63,096 bases of DNA from an uncultured Verrucomicrobiota bacterium (GTDB taxonomy: Bacteria; Verrucomicrobiota; Kiritimatiellia; RFP12; UBA3636). Under the pieces are notes generated by a model, which had not been told where the DNA came from, did no database searches, and saw only the letters and a program-made list of their open reading frames with translations. Position 1 is the first letter of the stretch, and every line of letters begins with the position of its first letter. The stretch covers positions 1 through 63,096 of the forward strand of contig CASFKR010000004.1 of assembly GCA_949295265.1 (NCBI GenBank), given 5' to 3'. Made by a program: the position numbers and the translations under genes. Below, piece by piece: positions 56,483 through 63,096 of this stretch.

Positions 56483-56786
56483 ATCTGTTCGGGGTGTTGA
56501 AATTGACAGGTCGCGAGTCTAGCAGATGCCCTGTTGTCCAGCAACCGCCGCCCGCGCCCGGGTGCCGTCCCGAGGGGAGTTTGTCCCATTTCCAGCCGCA
56601 CGGGGGGGACGGTGGCAGGGGATTCGCACGGAAAAGGTGCGAATGGAGAGGGGCGCGGGCGGGGGAGAAGGGGAAAAACGGCGAAAATCGCAGGTAAAGT
56701 GCCATGAATCTGACGTTTCGGGAATCAGCGCACGGAGTTGCGGAACCTGTTTTCAAAGAAACGTTCCGGATTTTTGATTTTTGGGA

Positions 56787-56815
56787 TTCACAAATGCCAC
56801 CTTTTATGCGATAAT
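56787..56815 (+). promoter_or_regulatory. Candidate sigma70-type promoter of the fabD-fabG-acpP-fabF cluster
   Basis: TTCACA, 17 nt, then GATAAT, about 50 nt upstream of the fabD ATG in an AT-rich patch. Confidence 0.35.
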
Positions 56816-56865
56816 TCCATCTCTACAGCAATCAAGCAAAACCAGCATCGCATTTTTTCGACCCC

Positions 56866-57783
56866 ATGAAAGTAGCTTTGTTCGCCGGTCAAGGTGCCCA
56901 AACCGTCGGAATGGGCAAGGATTTGGCCGAGGCTTATCCCGAGTGCGCCGCGCTCTTCGCTGAAGCCGATCAGATTCTTGGCTATTCCCTTTCCTCCGTG
57001 ATTTTTGACGGTCCGATGGAGGAACTGACGAAGACGAACGTTTGCCAGCCCGCCATTTTTGTTGTTTCTGCGGCGGCTTACACGGCATTCTGCAAGGAAA
57101 ATCCCAACGTCGCCTTCGATTTGATGGCGGGGTTGAGTCTGGGTGAATGGACGGCGCTCTGGGCCGGTGGCGCGGTTTCCTTCGCGGAATGCGTGCGTAT
57201 CCTGGAAGCGCGCGGCCGTTTCATGCAGGAGGCGTGCGAGGCGAATCCTTCCGGCATGGTGGCCGTGGCCAAGCTGACTCCGGAAGCGGTGGAACAGATT
57301 GCCGCCGAGACGGGTTGCACCGTCACCAATTACAACTCGTCCGCACAGATTGTGCTGGGCGGCACCCACGATCAGGTGGCCGCCGCCGCTGCGGCCGCCG
57401 GCGCCAAGGGCGGGCGCGGCATCGTGCTCAAGACGGCCGGTGCGTATCACTCGCCGTTTATGGCGCCTGCGGCGGAGAAACTCCGCGATGTGCTGGCCAA
57501 GGCGGAAATTTGCACGCCGAAGACCCCCGTGCTTTCCAACTATACGGGCAAGGTCCACGGCGATCCCGCGGAAATCCGCGATTCCATGATTGCGCAGATT
57601 GCGCATGCGGTCCGCTGGACGGATGACATGGCCCGCATGGGCGAGGGCGGCGCGCAGGTGTGCGTCGAGTTCGGCCCCGGCAACGTGCTGACCGGGCTGG
57701 TCAAGCGTACGCTCCCGGGCGTTGCGCTGCACAACGTCGGCACCGCCGAACAGGCGAAGGCTGCCGCCGCCGCGCTCGCGTAA
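56866..57783 (+). CDS. fabD: Malonyl-CoA:ACP transacylase
   Basis: ALFAGQGAQTVGM, GLSLGEW (active-site Ser), AYHSPFM. Confidence 0.9.
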   Translation: MKVALFAGQGAQTVGMGKDLAEAYPECAALFAEADQILGYSLSSVIFDGPMEELTKTNVCQPAIFVVSAAAYTAFCKENPNVAFDLMAGLSLGEWTALWAGGAVSFAECVRILEARGRFMQEACEANPSGMVAVAKLTPEAVEQIAAETGCTVTNYNSSAQIVLGGTHDQVAAAAAAAGAKGGRGIVLKTAGAYHSPFMAPAAEKLRDVLAKAEICTPKTPVLSNYTGKVHGDPAEIRDSMIAQIAHAVRWTDDMARMGEGGAQVCVEFGPGNVLTGLVKRTLPGVALHNVGTAEQAKAAAAALA

Positions 57784-57843
57784 GCGCGGTTTCCGCACAA
57801 AGATTTTTTACTGGCTTTTACCCGTAACGGAGATCACACAACC

Positions 57844-58584
57844 ATGGCCAAGACGGCACTTGTTACCGGCTCTGCCCGCGGCATCGGCCGCGCGATTTGC
57901 GAACAACTTGTCAAGGACGGCACGGCGCAGAACATCATCGTTTGCGACGTCAAGAAAGAATGGTGCGAGGAGACCGTCGCCTCCCTGCGCGCTCTGGGCG
58001 CCACCGCAGAAGCGCTGGAGCTCAACGTCGCCGATGCGAAGAGCGTCGAGGCGGGCATCGCCGAAGCCATCCGCATTTTCGGCGCGCTCGACATCGTCGT
58101 CAACAATGCCGGCGTCACGCGCGACGGACTGCTCGTGCGCATGAGCGAAGAGGACTGGGATACGGTCCTGAACATCAACCTCAAGGGGGCATTCCTCGTT
58201 TCCCGCGAAGCCGCCAAGTTCATGATGCGCGCCCGTACCGGCTCCATCGTGAACATCGCTTCGGTTGTGGGGCAGATGGGCAACGCCGGGCAGGCCAACT
58301 ACACGGCCTCCAAGGGCGGCCTGATTTCGCTCACCAAGACCTGCGCCCGCGAACTGGGCGGCCGCGGCATCCGCGTCAATGCGGTTGCGCCCGGCTTTAT
58401 CAAGAGCAAGATGACCGATGTGCTTTCCGAGGATGTCAAGAAGGCGATGCTTTCCGTCATCCCGATGAAGAAGTTCGGCGAAGTCGAGGATATCGCCAAG
58501 GCTGTTTCCTTCCTCGCTGGTGACAATGCCGCTTACGTGACGGGGCAGGTGCTTTCCGTGAACGGCGGCATGCTCATGCCTTAA
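57844..58584 (+). CDS. fabG: 3-oxoacyl-ACP reductase
   Basis: ALVTGSARGIGRAI, NNAGVTRD, SVVGQMGNAGQANYTASKGG (YxxxK), VNAVAPGFI. Confidence 0.9.
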   Translation: MAKTALVTGSARGIGRAICEQLVKDGTAQNIIVCDVKKEWCEETVASLRALGATAEALELNVADAKSVEAGIAEAIRIFGALDIVVNNAGVTRDGLLVRMSEEDWDTVLNINLKGAFLVSREAAKFMMRARTGSIVNIASVVGQMGNAGQANYTASKGGLISLTKTCARELGGRGIRVNAVAPGFIKSKMTDVLSEDVKKAMLSVIPMKKFGEVEDIAKAVSFLAGDNAAYVTGQVLSVNGGMLMP

Positions 58585-58702
58585 TGTTCGCTCTCCCGCG
58601 CCCGCCTCATGGCTTTCCCGGGCGGGTGCCCGCCACCTGCCGCTGTTGATGCGGCGGCACATTTCCCATAAAATCCTACTCAAACCCAAACCTACTCACA
58701 CC

Positions 58703-58963
58703 ATGACCCTCGAAGAAAAAGTTATCGCAATCGTTTGCGACTCCCTTCACACGGATGCTTCCGCCGTCAAGGCTGAATCCTCCTTCGTCAACGATCTCGG
58801 CGCCGACTCGCTCGATCAGGCTGAGCTCATGATGAACATCGAGGAAGCCTTCAAGCCCTACATGAACGGCGACATTCCTGAGGATCAGGCGACCAAGTTC
58901 GACACCGTCGGCTCCGTCATCGAGTTTCTCCGCTCCAACGGCGTCCCCGAGAACGTCGACTAA
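58703..58963 (+). CDS. acpP: Acyl carrier protein
   Basis: 86 aa with DLGADSLDQAELMMNIEEAF (phosphopantetheine Ser). ATG at 58703. Confidence 0.9.
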   Translation: MTLEEKVIAIVCDSLHTDASAVKAESSFVNDLGADSLDQAELMMNIEEAFKPYMNGDIPEDQATKFDTVGSVIEFLRSNGVPENVD

Positions 58964-59101
58964 TTGTCTGCCACCGGGATTTTTCCCGGAGCACAGAACG
59001 GACGGTTGCCGTTCGCACGGTTGCGTTCCGGCGCCGTTCCGTTCGTTTCTTTTCTTTCTGCACATTTTATTCCCAGTTTTGCTTCCCGCAGGAGACAAAT
59101 C

Positions 59102-60346
59102 ATGCGTCGCGTAGTAATTACCGGCCTGGGCGTGATTTCGCCCGTTGGCAACGACATCGACACCTTTTGGAAGAATATCGTGGCCGGCGTAAACGGCATC
59201 GGCACCATTCAGAAATTCGACGTTTCGGCTTTCCCCGTCAAGATTGCGGGTGAAACCAAGAATTTCGACGCCACGCAGTACATGGATCCGAAGACGGCCC
59301 GCCACTCGGCCCTTTTCTGCCAGTATGCGGTCGCCGCTGCGAAGCAGGCCGTGGATGATTGCGGCATCGATTTCAAGACGCTTGACGACGAGGCGCGCTT
59401 CCGTTGCGGGTGCACGGTTTCCTCCGGCGTCGGCGGCATCGACATCACCGAGACGGAAGTCTCGAAGATGATCGAAAAGCAGACGACGCGCGTGAGCCCC
59501 TTCTGCATTCCGGCGATGATTTCGAACATGGCCGCCGGCACCATCGCCATCGAGCACGGGCTTCGCGGGCCGAACTACGGCGTCGTTTCCGCTTGCGCCT
59601 CCGGCCTCCACTCCATCGGTCAGGCGTTTCACGCCATCAAGTACGATGAGGCGGATGTGATGCTTGCCGGCGGCTCGGAAGCTCCGGTCTGCCCCGTTTC
59701 CGTGGCCGGGTTTGCTGCGCTTCACGCGCTCTCCACCCGCAACGACGATCCGGAACATGCGTCCCGCCCGTTCGACAAGGATCGCAATGGCTTTGTGATG
59801 GGCGAAGGCGGCGCAGTGGTCGTCCTCGAGGAATACGAGCACGCGGTTGCCCGCGGCGCCAAGATTTACTGCGAGGTCGCCGGCTTCGGCGAGACCTGCG
59901 ACGGCTACCACATGACGGCTCCGATGCCGGGCGGCGTGGCCGGTGCCCGCGCGATGACGCTCGCCATCAAGGAAGCGGGCGTGACCGTGGATGACGTCGA
60001 TTACATCAACGCGCACGGTACCTCCACCCCGATGAACGACAAGACGGAGACCGCGCTCATCAAGGCCGCTCTCGGTGAGGAAGCCGCCCGCAAGGTGTCC
60101 ATCTCTTCGACCAAGTCCATGACGGGTCACCTGCTCGGCGGCGCCGGTGCCGTGGAGACGGTCGTGTGCGCGCTCGCCATCCGCGACGGCGTTGTTCCGC
60201 CCACCATCAACTACACGACGCCCGACCCCGAGTGCGATCTGGATTACACGCCCAACACCGCCCGCAAACGCCCGGTGCGCGTGGCGCTCAACAACGCCCT
60301 CGGTTTCGGCGGTCACAACGCCTGCATTGCCTTCAAGGCGCTGTAA
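59102..60346 (+). CDS. fabF: 3-oxoacyl-ACP synthase II
   Basis: MRRVVITGLGVISPVGN..., VVSACASG (active Cys), NAHGTSTP, KSMTGHLLGGAG. ATG at 59102. Confidence 0.9.
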   Translation: MRRVVITGLGVISPVGNDIDTFWKNIVAGVNGIGTIQKFDVSAFPVKIAGETKNFDATQYMDPKTARHSALFCQYAVAAAKQAVDDCGIDFKTLDDEARFRCGCTVSSGVGGIDITETEVSKMIEKQTTRVSPFCIPAMISNMAAGTIAIEHGLRGPNYGVVSACASGLHSIGQAFHAIKYDEADVMLAGGSEAPVCPVSVAGFAALHALSTRNDDPEHASRPFDKDRNGFVMGEGGAVVVLEEYEHAVARGAKIYCEVAGFGETCDGYHMTAPMPGGVAGARAMTLAIKEAGVTVDDVDYINAHGTSTPMNDKTETALIKAALGEEAARKVSISSTKSMTGHLLGGAGAVETVVCALAIRDGVVPPTINYTTPDPECDLDYTPNTARKRPVRVALNNALGFGGHNACIAFKAL

Positions 60347-60513
60347 GCACACCCGTCCGGATTTTTTCCCACTTTCTTCGGAGCCCTGTCATCCGCTCTG
60401 AGTCCCGACCCTTCCGATGCGCTTCTCCCGCGCGCCGGGAGGGTCGCTTACTGTAACCCCCGTTCCCGTTCCGCTCCTTCCGTTCATCCTGTTTGCCGAC
60501 GGATCCGTTCTCC

Positions 60514-61986
60514 ATGTCCTCTGATGCTGATTATGCGCCGCCAAAAGCTGTGGGGCAGCGCGTCTACGAACTCTGTCACCGCCTGGCGGTGATGTGCGGC
60601 GGTGCGGTCCTGCTCATCAGCCCGTGGCTTTTCGCGTCCTGGGAGATGTGGTGGTTCTGGACGATGGTGTCGGTGCTGACGCTTTCGTGCCTGTTCTGCG
60701 GCGCCGGGCTTCTGATGGAGACGGTTGCCGGAATCTACGTCGGTCCCATCCGGAAAGTGCCGCCGCGCATCTTCGGGATCATGGCGCTCTGCGTGCCCTT
60801 TCTCGCTTATGCGCTGATTCGCGCACAGTATCCGTCGGCGCCCGGAATGCCCGCCGTCGCCATGGAGACGGAGCGGAGCCTGCTCCTGTTCTTTACCCCT
60901 GCGGCGCTTTTTCTCGTTTTTCTCTATTCGTCCCGCTACAGGGAGCGTGCGCTGCTGCTGCGGCTGCTGCTCGTCAACATGGGGCTCCTGGCCGTTTGCG
61001 GCCTCATCAACCACATCCTGACCAATGACGAGTCCATTTTGTGGGTCGGCGCCAACGATTTCAATTATGTCGGGCGTTTGAGCGCGCCGTTTTACTGCCC
61101 GAACCATTTCTCCGCCTACGCGAATATCTTTCTCTGCCTGCTTGTGGGGACGATGTTCGTGCCCGGCATTTCCCGCCGTGCGGTGTTTGCCTGCCTTGCG
61201 GGGGCCGTGCTGCTCTGCATCCCGAACTTCCTGACGCTTTCGCGCGGCGGCATCGCTTCCCTCATCGGGGGCATGGCCATCGGCATTCCGCTGTTCGCTT
61301 TTCGCGGATGGGGCGCGCTGCGGCGCACGCTGGCCCTCGTGCTCACGCTCGCCGTTGTCGCGGCCGCTTTCCTCGCCATCCGGTATACCGAGAATCCCCT
61401 CATGAACCGGATGAAAGCCCATCCCCTGTGGGTTGCGTGGGAGAAGAGCGAATCTTTTTCCGAGGTTGCGGAGCGGTTTTCCGATACGTTCTGGTATTCC
61501 TTTGACCGCGGCACCTACATCGGTTCGGCGGTGCGGGCGTGGCGCTCCAATCCCGTCTGGGGCATCGGCCCCGGGCAGCATTCAAACCGCTGGGCGCAGT
61601 TTGCCGCAACGGAGGATGGCGTCCGCCCCGTCAACGGCGATCCGAAGACCATCCGCTGGCCGCGGCTCCGTAACGATACGTACCATCTCTACGAGGTGCA
61701 CAGCGACTGGACGCAGCTGCTGGAGGAGTACGGCATCGTCGGATTCTGCCTTTTTCTGCTCCCGTATTTCGGTCTGTTTGCGTTGCTGTACCGGCGGCAG
61801 GGTGCCCTGCTGCAGGAGATGTCGGGCGATCCCCTGGAGCGCGCGCTTCCGCTCGCGGGGCTTCTCATGCTCGTCATTTACACCATCCATTCGGGCTTTG
61901 ATTTTTCCCTGCAGATGCCCTGCATCGTGTGGCTGTTCTGTTTCCTGATGCTCTCGGCGCTGCTCGCCGAGGGGGAACGCGCATAA
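60514..61986 (+). CDS. O-antigen ligase (Wzy_C)-family polytopic membrane protein
   Basis: About 12 TM segments, with FLTLSRGGIASLIGG and ...HLYEVHSDWTQLLEEYGIVGF (the typical Wzy_C loop H...H motif). Confidence 0.7.
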   Translation: MSSDADYAPPKAVGQRVYELCHRLAVMCGGAVLLISPWLFASWEMWWFWTMVSVLTLSCLFCGAGLLMETVAGIYVGPIRKVPPRIFGIMALCVPFLAYALIRAQYPSAPGMPAVAMETERSLLLFFTPAALFLVFLYSSRYRERALLLRLLLVNMGLLAVCGLINHILTNDESILWVGANDFNYVGRLSAPFYCPNHFSAYANIFLCLLVGTMFVPGISRRAVFACLAGAVLLCIPNFLTLSRGGIASLIGGMAIGIPLFAFRGWGALRRTLALVLTLAVVAAAFLAIRYTENPLMNRMKAHPLWVAWEKSESFSEVAERFSDTFWYSFDRGTYIGSAVRAWRSNPVWGIGPGQHSNRWAQFAATEDGVRPVNGDPKTIRWPRLRNDTYHLYEVHSDWTQLLEEYGIVGFCLFLLPYFGLFALLYRRQGALLQEMSGDPLERALPLAGLLMLVIYTIHSGFDFSLQMPCIVWLFCFLMLSALLAEGERA

Positions 61987-62031
61987 AAAAAAAAAGACAA
62001 ACGCGCAACCCCGCAGGGCTGCGCGTCTGTC
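61985..62031 (-). terminator. Candidate intrinsic terminator for the minus-strand gene at 62095-62949
   Basis: Imperfect hairpin gacaaacgcgca...tgcgcgtctgtc (61996-62031). On the minus strand it is followed by a U-tract, seen as eleven A at 61985-61995 on the plus strand. Confidence 0.45.
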
Positions 62032-62094
62032 GCCGCGACGCCCCGCCGTCCGCAGAGCGGGCATGGCGGGCGGTGCGGGCGAAGCCCGTGCCGC

Positions 62095-62949
62095 TTATTT
62101 GATGATGTCGCTTTTCACCGGGCTGCTGCGGCCTTCGATGAAGGGCCGCCGCCGCTCCAGCGCCGCGCGCGCGATCTCCACGTCTTCGTGCGCCTCTTCC
62201 GGCGTCAGGCAGCCGCAGGTGACCATGTCGCACGGGCGCAAAACCGAGAAATTGAACGTGAGCCCGATGAAGGGTGTCGTGCGCCCCGCCGCCATCGGCT
62301 TGATGGTCATGACCGGTTTGCGCGCGTCCTGAATGATTTTGTAGACCGACTCCACTTCCACCTGCATCAGGAACCCGAGGCAGTTGAAAATCTGGATGTA
62401 GGTCTCCACATCGTATTCATTTTCATCGCTGTAGGTGATGCATTCCGGCATGTGGGCGGAAAGTCCGGGCAGGAGCCCCTCCTCGCGAATCATGGAGAGA
62501 TAATCCGGCAGGCGCGGAATGGCGCGCAGGTTCTTGTTGACGAGCTGCTCCACGCAGGTGTGGTGGATGAGGCAGAACGTTGCGCCCGATTGCGCGGAGG
62601 CATGGATGGCGGCACGGGCTTCGCGCCGCGCGTCCGCCGTGTCATCCATGTTCATGCAGGGGGTGTCGATGACGATGACCTTGTGGTTGAGGCGTTCTTC
62701 CACGAGGTGCACCGCCTCCTGAAGCATGGGTTGCGCGGAATACGGCGCCATGAGCGCATCGCACCCTTCGGAGACGAAGGCTTCGATGACACTTGCCATC
62801 TGCTCGGCGCTGTTGTGGATGTCGCGGATTATTTTGTCGGCAACGCCGCCCGTGTGGGAGTAGCCGAGGAGCCAGTTGGTGCCGCAGATGAGGCGTGGAA
62901 GGGAGACGCCGCCGACCATCGTGCGCGGAAAAGAGCGTAGCTCATTCAT
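62095..62949 (-). CDS. Hypothetical protein (284 aa)
   Basis: Protein-like ORF MNELRSFPRTMVGGVSLPRLICGTNWLLGYSH.... No family recognised. ATG at 62949 is preferred over the Pro-rich extension from 63024. Confidence 0.55.
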   Translation of the reverse strand: MNELRSFPRTMVGGVSLPRLICGTNWLLGYSHTGGVADKIIRDIHNSAEQMASVIEAFVSEGCDALMAPYSAQPMLQEAVHLVEERLNHKVIVIDTPCMNMDDTADARREARAAIHASAQSGATFCLIHHTCVEQLVNKNLRAIPRLPDYLSMIREEGLLPGLSAHMPECITYSDENEYDVETYIQIFNCLGFLMQVEVESVYKIIQDARKPVMTIKPMAAGRTTPFIGLTFNFSVLRPCDMVTCGCLTPEEAHEDVEIARAALERRRPFIEGRSSPVKSDIIK

Positions 62950-63096
62950 AGGTGAGGAACCGGGTCTGGAGATTGGGGGGGGTGGAGGGTGTGGCGGTTG
63001 AACCCTTCCCCAAAAGTGAGACACGAAGAGTGTCCCCCTTGTCGTAAGTAAGGGTATTCTACAAAACTGGTTGTCAGTTGGACAAGGGGTTGGAAT

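Noticed and set aside
58964-59101. Hairpins (ccggg/cccgg, and gaacgg/ccgttc at 58996-59014) plus a T-rich tract between acpP and fabF, considered as a possible attenuator
   Set aside because: The stems are short (5-6 bp) and the T-tract is not directly adjacent. This is plausible but too weak to call as a feature.
63035-63089. 9-bp inverted repeat ccccttgtc / gacaagggg at the window edge
   Set aside because: The stem is short, the loop is about 37 nt, and the context is cut off by the end of the window, so it cannot be interpreted.

Overview
63.1 kb of high-GC bacterial chromosome. The GC is high enough that long antisense 'shadow' ORFs cover almost every real gene. GC was judged by eye and was not computed. 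By eye I found no rRNA, tRNA or CRISPR array.

Gene content suggests a PVC-superphylum organism (Kiritimatiellota, Verrucomicrobiota or Lentisphaerota-like). The clues are a Chlamydia-type very long GreA, many prepilin-like proteins, a PATR beta-helix protein, and GH5/GH130 glycan enzymes. This placement is inference only.

Layout, left to right:
- 1-7.1 kb: GH5 glycosidase (cut by the window edge), a DUF481-like outer-membrane barrel, a PfkB kinase, pfk and serA.
- 7.2-11 kb: envelope and glycan genes (TPR protein, Wzy/O-antigen-ligase-like protein, GT4).
- 11-16.8 kb: a UvrA paralog without the UvrB-binding domain, a PspC-domain protein, a Cys-peptidase-like lipoprotein, a VOC protein, and a decayed IS1634-type transposase.
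- 16.8-24 kb, minus strand: galE, lpxD, skp, an odd 670-aa low-complexity protein, hom and a GT2.
- 24-27 kb: tandem short and long GreA paralogs.
- 27.2-29.4 kb: a low-GC glycosyltransferase islet bracketed by imperfect direct repeats.
- 29.5-42.9 kb: the most unusual locus. An orphan gspF is followed by eight pseudopilin genes, most much larger than canonical, including an 1168-aa GspK-like protein. A 952-aa secreted PATR beta-helix protein follows and a strong terminator closes the unit. No ATPase, secretin, peptidase or GspC/L/M gene is in the window.
- 42.9-47.9 kb: about 0.8 kb of repeat-rich non-coding DNA, a frameshifted secreted-protein gene, an XRE-ImmA-like regulator whose HExxH motif is lost, a TIGR04076 protein and a GH130 mannosylglucose phosphorylase.
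- 48.1-53.4 kb: the ribosomal alpha operon (rpmJ-rpsM-rpsK-rpsD-rpoA-rplQ), a small basic ORF, and pyrK-pyrD.
- 53.4-63 kb: comF, waaA, a hypothetical gene, fabD-fabG-acpP-fabF, a second O-antigen-ligase-like gene and a hypothetical gene.

Start codons were often moved inward from the ORF track to the first plausible ATG.
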